Source of the DNA: a virus
IMG/VR virus record: IMGVR_UViG_3300044608_002262
Span: 2,801-66,800 of that record
Reading direction: 5' to 3' (one strand)
DNA length: 64,000 bases
The translations under genes were made by a program, and so were the position numbers. The notes beneath the pieces were generated by a model. It saw only the letters and a list, made by a program, of their open reading frames with translations, had not been told where the DNA came from and ran no database searches. Positions 18,455 to 28,455 of this stretch are shown piece after piece. Within the stretch, counting starts at the first letter, position 1. Each line of letters starts with the position of its first letter.

Positions 18455-19729
18455 ATGGACTCGCAGGTTTTTCAATTTCAAGCAGGGAGCATCTCCGGTC
18501 GCGTGGATCGGGATGCTGGCATCATTCGTGGGGCGGCGGTGATCACGGGTGGCGTGACGGCGCGGGGGCATGACCTCGAAGTGGATGACACGACGCTGGA
18601 GCAGATCGTGACGTGCGGAAACACGAAGGGGCGGGTGCAGGTGAAGCTGAATCACAAAGACCCGCAAGCTCTGCAAAGTATTTGCGGCTACCTCGAAGGC
18701 TTTCGCCGCGAGGGCGACAAGGTGGTGGCCGATTGGCATTTGCTCAAGTCGCACGAGGAATTCGACGCGCTGATGGAGCGGGCGACGCGGATGCCGGATT
18801 GCTTCGGGCTTTCGGCGGCGTTTTCCGGTCCTCCGAAGGGGGAGAAGCGCAAGGACGGGAAGCAGGCCGCGCGCTGCGAGGAGCTACTGGCGGTGGATTG
18901 CGTGGCGATGCCTGCGGCGAATCCGGCGGGGCTTTTCGAGGCCGTGGTTGACACGGCGACAAATGGAAAACCTATGAACGATAAAATCGAACAAAACGAG
19001 GGTGCTGCCCCGGAGCCGACTTTGGCCGAGGTGCTGGCAGCGGTGCAGGAGTTGCAAGAAGTGGTGACGGCGGTGGCTAATCGCCAAGCCGAGGTGGATG
19101 CGCTGATCGAAGCGAACACGCCGCTTTCCATGGACGAACTGGCCGAACTCGACGCCATGAGCGACGAGCAACTGGCCGAGCAGGGGATTACCCGCGACGA
19201 ACTGAACAATTTGATCGCCAACGTGGCGGAAGCCGAGGGCGGCGAAGCCGAAGGCGAAGGGGAATTGGTTGGAGCAGGGCATAGCAGTGAGGGCAACGAT
19301 AGCGCCGCTGCCGGTGGCGAGGCCGCTGGTGCGGCGCTATCCGCTCTGCAACGCCGCGTGGTCGAGCTTGAAGGCAAGCTGGCCGAGAAGGCGCAGAACG
19401 ACGAGGCCGCTAAAATTCAGCACGCTTTCGATGTTCTGGAAGAGAAGCAGAACGCTCTCATCGCGCAGAACGAATCGCTCCAGCGCATCGTCAAGATGCA
19501 CGGGATCAAGGCGGCGAGCGCCGGAACCGAAGGGGTGAAGATGTTCTCCGGCGAAGGAGACACCGAATTCAACAGCATCGTCGCGGCCAAGGCTACCGAA
19601 CTGGAAGCCAGTGGAAAGCCCACTGCCGCCGCACGGGCCGAAGCGATCCGCTTCGCCATCAAGAGCAACCCGCGCGCTTACGCCGAGAGCCTGTCGGCTC
19701 GCGGTCTGATCAAGCTGGCGGACGCCTAA
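18455..19729 (+). CDS. Prohead maturation protease fused to scaffold
   Basis: ARGH, KLNH, FGLS, DCVAMPAANPAGLF protease motifs, then an acidic coiled coil; upstream of decoration and capsid genes. Confidence 0.82.
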   Translation: MDSQVFQFQAGSISGRVDRDAGIIRGAAVITGGVTARGHDLEVDDTTLEQIVTCGNTKGRVQVKLNHKDPQALQSICGYLEGFRREGDKVVADWHLLKSHEEFDALMERATRMPDCFGLSAAFSGPPKGEKRKDGKQAARCEELLAVDCVAMPAANPAGLFEAVVDTATNGKPMNDKIEQNEGAAPEPTLAEVLAAVQELQEVVTAVANRQAEVDALIEANTPLSMDELAELDAMSDEQLAEQGITRDELNNLIANVAEAEGGEAEGEGELVGAGHSSEGNDSAAAGGEAAGAALSALQRRVVELEGKLAEKAQNDEAAKIQHAFDVLEEKQNALIAQNESLQRIVKMHGIKAASAGTEGVKMFSGEGDTEFNSIVAAKATELEASGKPTAAARAEAIRFAIKSNPRAYAESLSARGLIKLADA

Positions 19730-19754
19730 AGAATCTAACGAGGAGAAAAAAATC

Positions 19755-20114
19755 ATGAATGCAACACAGAGCAATGGGTTCGACAGCTTCGTGGCAGCTT
19801 CCAGCAACGGCATCGCTGCCAATGTTCGGGTCAAGCTCAACGACAGCCGCAAACTGGAACTTGCCGGGGCGAGCGACATCGCCATCGGCGTGACTATGAC
19901 CAAGAGCACCGATGGCGTTACGCCGGTCGGGGTCAAGCTCAAGAACGCACCGGGCAGCTTCGAGGTTGTCGCGGCGGGCACGTTCGCAGCCGGAGTCGTC
20001 GTGAAGAGTGCGGCGGACGGCAAAGTGGTTTCGGGCGGCGCAGGCCATGACTTTGGCATCGCCTTCGGCAGCAGCACGGCGGCGAACGATGTCGTCGTGG
20101 TCTATCCGCTCTAA
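19755..20114 (+). CDS. Capsid decoration/cement protein (DUF2190-like)
   Basis: Size, position, AIGVT and SAADGK motifs; GAGGAG SD. Confidence 0.75.
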   Translation: MNATQSNGFDSFVAASSNGIAANVRVKLNDSRKLELAGASDIAIGVTMTKSTDGVTPVGVKLKNAPGSFEVVAAGTFAAGVVVKSAADGKVVSGGAGHDFGIAFGSSTAANDVVVVYPL

Positions 20115-20150
20115 GGCACGAGGAAATTTAACGAGGAGACGACAAGCACT

Positions 20151-21128
20151 ATGTTCACTAACACAGACGCAGAGATCCGCCCTGAATTGCAGGCGGTAGT
20201 TCAGGAAGCACTGGCGGCGGAGCAATTCTTCATCGCGGACAAAATTTTCCCTTCTTACGCTTCGGCGACCAAGACGGGCGAGTATCGCAAAATCAAGAAG
20301 GGCACCGGCAACATCCTTGCCATGACCAGCAGCGACAGCACCTTGCGTGCGCCGCGCACGGCCTACAAGGAAGTTGATCGCACCTATGAGAAAGCGTCCT
20401 TTGCTTGCAAAGATCGCGGTCTGACCGAGGTGATCGACGACAGCGATCAGGCTGATCTGTCGCGCTTCTTCGACGCACAGGCCACGAGCACCCGCTTGGT
20501 GCTGAACAACATCCTGCGTGCGCAGGAGGCCCGTGTGGCCGCGAAGATCATGGATGAATCGACTTGGGGCAAGACCGATGCGGTTGTCGCTTTGACCGAG
20601 GCGAACATCAACACGATCGACATCGCCCAGGACATCGAGGAAGCCATCGCCCGCGTGCAGAAGCGTGGCGAACTGGTCAACACGATGATCATGAGCCGCA
20701 ACATCTGGAAGCGCGTTCGCCGCTCGAAGCTCTTGCGTCAATACATCTTCGGCGACAATGCCGGGGGCAAGATCATCACCAAGGATGTGTTTCTCAGCAC
20801 TTTCCAAGACAGCGCGCCGATTCAGGCCATGTTCATCGCGGAGGCTGTTTACAGCACGGCGAAGAAGGGCGAAGCGGTTGCGGACAACAAGCTCTCCTAC
20901 ATCTGGGGCGACGACTACATCTGGCTCGGACACGTGGCCGGTGGTTCCCCGGACATGGGCGGCGCTGGCCGCTGCATCTACTGGCAGGAAGACGCGGCGT
21001 TCAGCTACGTGGTTGAGACGTTCCGCGACGAACCCCGCCGCAGCGATGTGGTGCGCGTTCGCCAGCACAACGAGGAGCACGTGGTCAACGAGTGTGCAGG
21101 CACGCTGATCAAAACGAACTACGCTTAA
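20151..21128 (+). CDS. Major capsid protein (gpE-like)
   Basis: 325 aa, IADKIFP, LRAP, strong SD, followed by a terminator. Confidence 0.85.
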   Translation: MFTNTDAEIRPELQAVVQEALAAEQFFIADKIFPSYASATKTGEYRKIKKGTGNILAMTSSDSTLRAPRTAYKEVDRTYEKASFACKDRGLTEVIDDSDQADLSRFFDAQATSTRLVLNNILRAQEARVAAKIMDESTWGKTDAVVALTEANINTIDIAQDIEEAIARVQKRGELVNTMIMSRNIWKRVRRSKLLRQYIFGDNAGGKIITKDVFLSTFQDSAPIQAMFIAEAVYSTAKKGEAVADNKLSYIWGDDYIWLGHVAGGSPDMGGAGRCIYWQEDAAFSYVVETFRDEPRRSDVVRVRQHNEEHVVNECAGTLIKTNYA

Positions 21129-21170
21129 AGATATGGCTTGCGGGTGATTTACCATCCCCACTCGCACCAG

Positions 21171-21208
21171 ACCCCGCCTTTCTTCGGAAAGGCGGGGTTT
21201 CTTTTTTG
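21171..21208 (+). terminator. Intrinsic terminator after the capsid gene
   Basis: 12-bp stem, TTCG loop, T-tract. Confidence 0.85.
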
Positions 21209-21233
21209 TAGGAGGTGACAGGAGCCGAGAGGT

Positions 21234-21590
21234 ATGTTTGACGAAGCATTTGCCGTCGCGGATGAGGTGTCTTTGCTGATGATGGGCGAGGAGGTGACGA
21301 TCGTGGGCAATCGCGCGGCGGGCGATGTGTATGAGCCGGGGGGCATGGCGACGCGGGCGGTGCGGGATGAGGGGGAGTATTTCTCGTCGCTGGGTGATGG
21401 CGGCTACATCAATACGCGGAATTGTTCGTTTTATCTGTTGAGCACGGAGGCCAAGAGAACGGCGGCAGCGCACGGCAGCCGGGTGATCACGGCGAAGGAT
21501 GAATGGTCGGTGAGCGTGGTGCGGGATCTGGGCACGATGACGTTGCTGGTTTGTATCTCCACGAGCGGGCAGGCCACACCGGAGTTTTGA
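21234..21590 (+). CDS. Head-tail joining protein (putative)
   Basis: Position and size. Confidence 0.55.
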   Translation: MFDEAFAVADEVSLLMMGEEVTIVGNRAAGDVYEPGGMATRAVRDEGEYFSSLGDGGYINTRNCSFYLLSTEAKRTAAAHGSRVITAKDEWSVSVVRDLGTMTLLVCISTSGQATPEF

Positions 21591-21593
21591 TTT

Positions 21594-22019
21594 ATGAACG
21601 AGGTCAGGGGATTATTGGAAGAGGCGCTGGCGGAGAAGATCGTGAAGGTCTTGGCCGAGGCGAATGTCCCGTGTCCGGTGGTCAAGGGCGACTCGGAGGG
21701 GGAGCGACCGAATCAATATGTGGCCGTGGTGGCGAGCACGGCGGAGGCGCGCGGGGTGGGGAATTATCTGGTGGCGACGGAGATCCGGGTGGTGGGTCCG
21801 GTGGATGATGCGGTCGTGGCGGGCAAGGTGCGGCAGCGTTTGCGGGCCATCTGCGATTATCTCAATGCTCCGGCGTGCTCGTTTCGGCAGCTTGAGACGG
21901 ATGACTTGGCGGTGAGCGGATTTTATTTGAGCGCGCTGGATTCGCAGAAGGGATCACGGAGTCGGGCGGAAATCGTGCGACTGAAGATCGGCGCGGCGGC
22001 ATTGCTGCCGGAAAGTTGA
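21594..22019 (+). CDS. Tail terminator/completion protein (putative)
   Basis: Position and size; alpha/beta pattern. Confidence 0.55.
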   Translation: MNEVRGLLEEALAEKIVKVLAEANVPCPVVKGDSEGERPNQYVAVVASTAEARGVGNYLVATEIRVVGPVDDAVVAGKVRQRLRAICDYLNAPACSFRQLETDDLAVSGFYLSALDSQKGSRSRAEIVRLKIGAAALLPES

Positions 22020-22047
22020 CAGGCGAACAAAGACAGAGGAGACGAAT

Positions 22048-22380
22048 ATGGCACTAACACGCATCGGAACGGCTTTTGATTTTTTGACGGCGACCACGGG
22101 CAACGTCATTCAAAAAACAATTTCCAAGAGGTATAGCAGCGAGAACGAAGTGCTCAAAGCCGATGGTGACTTGGCCGACGTGATTTACTCGGGAGCCGAA
22201 ACGGTGGAGTCCGAAACGTCCATCGGAAGCAACATTGGAACTTTGTCGGCCACCGCCAACACGATTACGAACAGGGTTCGAGTCGAATTCAGCAATGAAG
22301 ATGTGGCCAAAACGGTGACTGAAAAAACCACATTTGATTTTGCCGCTGGCGGCGGCGGTGGCGGCGGTGGCGGCGTCTAA
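22048..22380 (+). CDS. Small tail-tube-like protein, copy A
   Basis: 110 aa beta-rich, SD; paralog of the next gene. Confidence 0.5.
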   Translation: MALTRIGTAFDFLTATTGNVIQKTISKRYSSENEVLKADGDLADVIYSGAETVESETSIGSNIGTLSATANTITNRVRVEFSNEDVAKTVTEKTTFDFAAGGGGGGGGGV

Positions 22381-22392
22381 TAAGGAGGAATT

Positions 22393-22725
22393 ATGGCACT
22401 GATGAAAATAAAGAGCTCCAACCTAACCGTTGGGGTGTCGAATGTAACGTGCGCAGGCATCACCCATGTGACTTCTGCTTCTGCGGAAAAATCGTTTGGC
22501 ACGGTTTCCAAGGCGAAGGACAGCAATGGAGACGTGGTGGCGGCGCTGGTGGGCAAGGAGAGTTATTCCATGTCTGTGAGCGGATACAGCACGGCTGCCA
22601 ACGGGCCGAATCTGGGCGACAACATCTCCGTGGGTGGCCTCACCGGCAAAGTGACCAGCGTGAATATCGAGAAAACCGTCGAGGATTTCAGCAGGTTTTC
22701 CGCAGACGGTCGCGGGTTGCCGTAA
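22393..22725 (+). CDS. Small tail-tube-like protein, copy B
   Basis: 110 aa, AKDSNGDVVA..., EKTVEDF; AGGAGG SD. Confidence 0.55.
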   Translation: MALMKIKSSNLTVGVSNVTCAGITHVTSASAEKSFGTVSKAKDSNGDVVAALVGKESYSMSVSGYSTAANGPNLGDNISVGGLTGKVTSVNIEKTVEDFSRFSADGRGLP

Positions 22726-22728
22726 AAA

Positions 22729-23535
22729 GTGTTTCGCTACGTCGTTGACGAGAAGCTGGCGGAAAGCATTCTGCATGACGATGAGCATTGCGTCATGGGA
22801 GTGCGGTTGAAGCCGTTTTCCTGTTGGCACAAGTTTCAGTTGGAGCACTGGAATTCCCCGGTGTTGATCGGCGGGGCGACGTTATGGGATCTGTGGGTTG
22901 CGGCGCAGATTTGCCGCAGCCAATATCCGCATAGGCCGCGTTTCAAGAAGCGTCGCGCTTGGTGGCACTTTTGTTGGTGGGTCTGGCACGGGCGATTTCA
23001 CGTAGCGCGGGAGATGGACAAGTTCATCGCGTATTTGCAGGAATACAATGCCCCGCCGAAGACATGGACCGGAACGGGCAGCGCGCACAAAAAGCTGGTG
23101 GAGGCTTTGCGTTATCTCATGGAGGTGACGAGTAATGAAGAGGAGCGGGTGGAGGCCGAGGGCTTGGCGCGGTTGCATGAAGGACTGTCCAGACAGGGGC
23201 AGGAAGACCGTGACATGGATGACGGGCTGGAGCAGGTGGCGCTGTGGTGCAAGCACGGGCATCCGATCGAGCAGGCATGGAATATGCCTTTGGGCGAATT
23301 GGTCTGGATGAATGTGGCGGTGGCCAAGACGGAGGGGTCAAAGATTCCGCTGTGGACGCCGATGGACGAGGAGCGCATGAAAGTCCAGCGCAAGAATCGC
23401 GCGGAGAAGATCGCGGCGATGGCAGCGGAGATTGTGAAAAAGGAAGGCAAGAACGAGAAGGAGGCTTACGGCCACGCCCAGGTGCGGTATTGGCAGGACA
23501 CGGTGGAGCGACTGTCGCAGGCGGAGAAAAGGTAG
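22729..23535 (+). CDS. Tail assembly chaperone (putative)
   Basis: Directly before the tape measure gene; LKPFS..H and AWNMPLG motifs. Confidence 0.55.
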   Translation: MFRYVVDEKLAESILHDDEHCVMGVRLKPFSCWHKFQLEHWNSPVLIGGATLWDLWVAAQICRSQYPHRPRFKKRRAWWHFCWWVWHGRFHVAREMDKFIAYLQEYNAPPKTWTGTGSAHKKLVEALRYLMEVTSNEEERVEAEGLARLHEGLSRQGQEDRDMDDGLEQVALWCKHGHPIEQAWNMPLGELVWMNVAVAKTEGSKIPLWTPMDEERMKVQRKNRAEKIAAMAAEIVKKEGKNEKEAYGHAQVRYWQDTVERLSQAEKR

Positions 23536-23555
23536 GTTGACTTGAAGGGCAGGGT

Positions 23556-26500
23556 ATGGCGGCAAGCACGACAGGCCCGGCAGGGATGGCTAATGCGGCT
23601 TCGGCCCTGAAGGGTGTCCTCAATGAGACGATCGGCCCTATGGCGGTGCTGACGGCGGGTGCGCTGGCTTTCGTGAAATACACGGCTGGCGCGGCGCTCA
23701 ACGCGGAAAAGATGGCGGCGGCATTGCGGGCGAGCGGGCAGGCGAAGGGGCTGGAAAACCAGTTTAAGGTCATCATGGGCAGCGCGGATGCCGCGCGCAA
23801 GAAGGTGGCGGAGTTGTCGAAGGAGGCGCAGCGCAGCCCCTTTTCGTTTCAGGCTTTGGGCAAAGCGGCCCTGAATTTGCAGGTGTTGAGCAATGGGGCG
23901 TTTGCTTCGGCGCGGGCCTTGCGGCAGGTGCAGGATGTGGCGGTGGCAACGGGAGCGCCGGTCGATGCAGTGGCTTCGGCCATGGCGGATCTGGTTGGTT
24001 CGATGAAGCGGGGCGGTGATGGGGCCGGAGCGGCGGCAGCGCAGTTGGCAGCGATGGGGGCAATTTCGCAAGCGGCGGCACAGAAGGTAGCGGATCTGGC
24101 AGCGCAAGGTGCTCCGGTGGGCGAAGCGATGCGCGTAGTGGAGTCAGAAACAAGCAAGGCCAGCGGTGCGGCGGCGGAATTGGCCAGCACGATCGACGGG
24201 CTGCAAGCGCAGCTTGAGAATTTACAGACGGCAAGTGATGTCAAGATCGGTGGGATGTTCGAGGAGGGCGCGAAGGCCGGTGCTCGCGCGGCGATTGGCT
24301 TCCAGAAGTTCAATAATGCATTTAGGGAGACGGCAGCGGGTCCGTGGTCGGCGATCATGGGCGGGCTTAACATGGTCAAGGAGGCAATCGGTTCGTTCCT
24401 CGGCTCGCTTGCCGACACGGGCGCGGCGCGTGCGTTTTTTGACATTTTAGCCCAGCTTTCGGTGGCGGTGTTGATCCCGATGGCGGCGGGGTTGGCGTCC
24501 GTGGCAAAAATGTTGGGCGGATTCGCTATGGCGGCGCTGCGGGCAACGGGCGCGATCAAAGGTTTGGTAGCCGTGGGTGGAGCATTTGGTCGGCTTATGA
24601 CGGTTGGCTCGGCGGCGACACTGGCGGCGGCGACAGCATTGGTGCATCTGGCGACCAAAGCCTACGAGGCGCAAGCAGCGATCAAGGCGTTGGAAGCAGC
24701 AGAGAAGGATAGAATGCAAAACAATGCGGGGCGCGAGGCCAACATTGTGCGCGCGGCTTCGGGGATGCAAACCGAGGACGATCGACGGGCGACATTGGAG
24801 CAGATCGGCGGTTCGATCCAAGGTGCCCAGCAGGAATTGACCGAGGCGGAGTCGGCGCAAGCTGCGGCTCGTGCCAAACAAAAAAGGTTGGCCGAAGGAA
24901 CTTTTTTAGGACTTTCGACCTCGACCCGTTGGGAGCGGATGCAGGCGGATGAAGAGGTAGTGATGGCTGATAGGCGAGTGGGATTTGCGCAGGGGCAGGT
25001 AAATATGCTGCGCGCGCGGCGGACGGCGGTGGCGGCGCAGGGCGGTTTAGGCGTGGATCGGGAGCAGGATCAACAAGCGAGGGAGCGGATGGTGTTGGAA
25101 AAGCAAATCCGAGATGACGCCTTTGCTTCCGCACAGGCGGCGGCAGATCCGCAAATGCAAGTGCGGATGGCCAATGCGGAGCGCAGGCGCTCACAGGAGA
25201 GGCTGAAAACAGCGGAAGCGGCATCGAGAGTAAATCCCAAAGAAAGGGCCGATCTGGATCAGGCAACAAGCGCGCTCGTGCCGGGTGAAGCGGATCCAGA
25301 AAATCTGCGGCAAGGGATTGAACAAATCAAGGCAGTCAAAGCGACGACGGAATCAAGCAGATTGAGCCGGGATATTGCGGTGCGGACGGCATTGGTGCAG
25401 CAAAGATCGGAGTTGGATGCAGCACAGGCGGGCCGCACGACAGAACAAGAGCGCGCCATGACGCCGCAGCAGCGTGAGGCGGAGGCGGCACGGCGGCAGG
25501 TGTTGAGGGAGCAAATTGCCTCGATCGGTGGGGAATCGGAAATTTCGGGCGCGCGGATTCAAGAGTTGCAGCGGCGGCGGGATTTTGCAGCTTCTCAGGA
25601 AGATGCGAATTCCGCGCTGGGAGCGGATGAGCAAGTGCGTAATCAGCAACAAGCGGCGAATGAGGCGGAGGCCGCGCAGAAGGCGTTGAATGCGGCGAAG
25701 GAGAAGACGTTGGCTTTGGAGAACCAACTGGCCGGGATTTCCGGTAGTGGCGCGCAGGCGGATGAGGCGGCGACAATCGAGAGCGAGAACCGGACGGCGG
25801 CTTTGCAGAAGGCTTTGGCGGCGGCGAAGGCTTTGGAGGCAGCGCAAGATAATTATACAGCGGCGAGGGCAAGCGGACAGGGAGAAGAGGCGGCGCGGGC
25901 GGGAGTAGAGCAGGCTTCGGTGGCGGCGGCGGCAGCAGGCGTGAACGGGCGTGGGGTGCAGGAGATCCAGAGTGCGCTGAATATCGAGCAGCAGATTTCG
26001 CAGGCGAATCTGAATCAAGCGCGGATCACGCAGGCGGCAGCGCAGGCGCGGGTGGAAGCGGCGCAGCGGCAACTGAATACGGAGAAGATGCTGGCGCAGA
26101 TGGCGCAAAAGTCGGCAGAAGCGAATGTCAATAATACGAACCCGGAGCAGGCCATCCGAGATCCAAGAACGGGCAGAATAGTAAAGTCGCTGACCCGTTC
26201 GCAGATCGAGAGCGACGCAGCAGATGCGGAAATTGCTGCCTTAGAGCGGAAGCTGGAGGCAGCCACCGAGAAGGATGCGGCTGAAAAAGCAATGGTTGAG
26301 GAAATGAAGGGCGGCAGGACGGCAAGCCCCGAAACCGCGCGAAGGGTTAAGGCGGCGAATGAAGCGGCAGAGTTGGCAGGGGTAGGAGACCAGCTACCGC
26401 AAGACATCCAGAAGCAGCTTCGCAGTGCGCGATACAACAAAGCGCAGCAGGAATCGGAGCGGATTGATGCGGCGCAAACGGAAGCGGAGCGGATCAAACT

Positions 26501-26909
26501 GGCGAGTCTTCGGGCACAGGAACAATACGGGCCGAACAAGGATCAGGCGCGCAGGGATGCGGATGCGCTGGAGGATTCGATGGCGAAGGAAGCCAGAACA
26601 AAGGAATTGGGCGAGACGATCAAAGATCCGGAAATTGCGGCGGGGTTGGCCAGTGCGGAAGTGGAGATGGCGCGGGCGATGTCAAATATCGAGAAGAAGG
26701 GGCAACCGGCGATGGGGGAGATGGCGAGCGTGGGCGGGAGCGCGGGATGGGGCGGGCTGGTCAATGACAACTCGAAGGATCTGAAGGCGATCAAGGAGAA
26801 CGCGGAGAAAATCAAGGATCTGATGGATACGTTCAAAAAGCAGCAGGAAACCGCGCTGGCCGACAACAAGCGCGTGATCGCCATGGCCGAAGCGGAAATG
26901 AGTCAATAG
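23556..26909 (+). CDS. Tape measure protein
   Basis: 1117 aa Ala-rich helical; GSADAARKKV..SPF tape-measure domain; central TM region. Confidence 0.88.
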   Translation: MAASTTGPAGMANAASALKGVLNETIGPMAVLTAGALAFVKYTAGAALNAEKMAAALRASGQAKGLENQFKVIMGSADAARKKVAELSKEAQRSPFSFQALGKAALNLQVLSNGAFASARALRQVQDVAVATGAPVDAVASAMADLVGSMKRGGDGAGAAAAQLAAMGAISQAAAQKVADLAAQGAPVGEAMRVVESETSKASGAAAELASTIDGLQAQLENLQTASDVKIGGMFEEGAKAGARAAIGFQKFNNAFRETAAGPWSAIMGGLNMVKEAIGSFLGSLADTGAARAFFDILAQLSVAVLIPMAAGLASVAKMLGGFAMAALRATGAIKGLVAVGGAFGRLMTVGSAATLAAATALVHLATKAYEAQAAIKALEAAEKDRMQNNAGREANIVRAASGMQTEDDRRATLEQIGGSIQGAQQELTEAESAQAAARAKQKRLAEGTFLGLSTSTRWERMQADEEVVMADRRVGFAQGQVNMLRARRTAVAAQGGLGVDREQDQQARERMVLEKQIRDDAFASAQAAADPQMQVRMANAERRRSQERLKTAEAASRVNPKERADLDQATSALVPGEADPENLRQGIEQIKAVKATTESSRLSRDIAVRTALVQQRSELDAAQAGRTTEQERAMTPQQREAEAARRQVLREQIASIGGESEISGARIQELQRRRDFAASQEDANSALGADEQVRNQQQAANEAEAAQKALNAAKEKTLALENQLAGISGSGAQADEAATIESENRTAALQKALAAAKALEAAQDNYTAARASGQGEEAARAGVEQASVAAAAAGVNGRGVQEIQSALNIEQQISQANLNQARITQAAAQARVEAAQRQLNTEKMLAQMAQKSAEANVNNTNPEQAIRDPRTGRIVKSLTRSQIESDAADAEIAALERKLEAATEKDAAEKAMVEEMKGGRTASPETARRVKAANEAAELAGVGDQLPQDIQKQLRSARYNKAQQESERIDAAQTEAERIKLASLRAQEQYGPNKDQARRDADALEDSMAKEARTKELGETIKDPEIAAGLASAEVEMARAMSNIEKKGQPAMGEMASVGGSAGWGGLVNDNSKDLKAIKENAEKIKDLMDTFKKQQETALADNKRVIAMAEAEMSQ

Positions 26910-26911
26910 CC

Positions 26912-27721
26912 ATGGCAATTCTCGCGCTTTCAGGAAACAGGGAGCAGCGGATGCTGGCCCGAACGGTGGACCGTGGAAGGAATGCGGCGCGCGTTTATAC
27001 GATCGTGCGGGAACGATGGCTAATGCGGGACGGGAACACTCTGCCCAAAAACGTCTGGGATTTGCCTTCCGTCCCGGGTCAAGGACTGATGGGGGCCAAT
27101 GTGACGTTTGAAGATTGCGTGGCGACCTATGAGTGGAGGTTTGAGACGGTGGATTCCAAAGGCACTACTTGGTCCGGGTTTCCCCAATCCAACGGTCAAG
27201 GCGGCAAGATCATTACTTTTGAGGGGTCGCTGAATAAGACGCCGATCACGATGCACCGGGACATCGGCAAGTGGCTGGGCTATGTGTCGCCGGAGGGCAA
27301 GAAATACGGGCGGGTGGTGGAGGGGGAAGTGCAGTGGGAGTTAGAGGATCCGAGCGGGGGATCGGGGCGTCGGGGGCTGGATCCCACCAAGGACGGCGCG
27401 GCGCAGTTTATCAGCAACCTGAATCCCTTCTACGGGGTGAAGGATTTCTACGATGTGAGCGCCATGCACATCGTGGAAGAGGAACAGACAAAAGCGGAAC
27501 TGGCGGGCCTCCTCGATGGGATCGGGACGATTCAAATTCCGCCTAACTTGCAGGGCGACGAAAATGAAGAAGGATACAAGGACCGCAACTGGCTTTATGT
27601 GGGCGCAGATGCCTCGCAAGTGGGCAACAAGTTTTGGGTGCGTAAGGCGTGGATGTTGAGCGGGTTCGGCCAGTGGGAACCGGCGATTTACGATCCGAAT
27701 TATTTTGGAGGAACGCCATGA
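26912..27721 (+). CDS. Tail/baseplate protein (paralog pair 2A)
   Basis: PITMH, NPFYGV, NWL motifs. Confidence 0.6.
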   Translation: MAILALSGNREQRMLARTVDRGRNAARVYTIVRERWLMRDGNTLPKNVWDLPSVPGQGLMGANVTFEDCVATYEWRFETVDSKGTTWSGFPQSNGQGGKIITFEGSLNKTPITMHRDIGKWLGYVSPEGKKYGRVVEGEVQWELEDPSGGSGRRGLDPTKDGAAQFISNLNPFYGVKDFYDVSAMHIVEEEQTKAELAGLLDGIGTIQIPPNLQGDENEEGYKDRNWLYVGADASQVGNKFWVRKAWMLSGFGQWEPAIYDPNYFGGTP

Positions 27722-28455
27722 GCAAGCTAATCGGAAGACTGCCCCCGCCGATCATGGAGTCGATTCGCTTGGAGCCTCCGGGCAAGTTGACGGTGACGAT
27801 GACGGAGTTAATCGATCCGGCGATCCCGGAGCCGCAGATTAGGATCCCGACCTGCCCGGTGCCAAATGTGGTGGCGACGAGCTACGAACTGCAAACCGAT
27901 CCGCAGGGCGGGTTTAGCAAGATCGTGTGGACGTTCATGGGCGGCGTGATAATCAGTGATGAGGGCGATGGCGGCGGCGGTGATGGAACTTATGCCACGC
28001 CAAACGAGGTGATCGAGTTGTCGATCGGGGTGGATCAAGTGCCGCTGGGGATGCACCCGAAAATAAAGGACATATTGGATAAGTTCAGCGGCACAGTGAA
28101 GGAGGGTGAACTGACCTTTCCCGAACGGGATCCTACGGGCGCAAGCAAGCGCAAGGGTGTGGATGCGGATGGCGTTGAGTTTGCTTTGAATCCGTTTTAC
28201 GGGGTGACGAGTTTTTTTTCGCCACGGGCAACTTTCAGAATAAGGAGACTGAATCGCACGGGCGGCATCGCCGCTTTGGGGAAGCTGGATGACCCACCGC
28301 TCTCGAACCTCCCCTCTACGGGCCTGTCGGCCAGCCCGACCAACTGGATCAAGACCTCGGTGAACCGGCGCGATCATGGAAGCACGACGGAAACAACGGA
28401 GGAATGGCTGTATTCTTTGACCGGCTGGGAGAGCAAAATTTACTCCTACGCATGA
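27718..28455 (+). CDS. Tail/baseplate protein (paralog pair 2B)
   Basis: PLGMH, NPFYGV, NWI motifs. Confidence 0.6.
   Translation: MSKLIGRLPPPIMESIRLEPPGKLTVTMTELIDPAIPEPQIRIPTCPVPNVVATSYELQTDPQGGFSKIVWTFMGGVIISDEGDGGGGDGTYATPNEVIELSIGVDQVPLGMHPKIKDILDKFSGTVKEGELTFPERDPTGASKRKGVDADGVEFALNPFYGVTSFFSPRATFRIRRLNRTGGIAALGKLDDPPLSNLPSTGLSASPTNWIKTSVNRRDHGSTTETTEEWLYSLTGWESKIYSYA

Noticed and set aside
19710-21473. 587-aa antisense ORF (and other long shadow ORFs such as 44257-45483 and 3287-4393)
   Set aside because: Antisense shadows of well-supported genes in GC-rich DNA; no recognisable motifs
22348-22376. Poly-Gly GGC/GGT run as a phase-variable tract
   Set aside because: Triplet repeat at the C-terminus; slippage keeps the frame
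22722-22735. Programmed tail-chaperone frameshift
   Set aside because: No convincing slippery heptamer or overlapping G/T ORF pair identified
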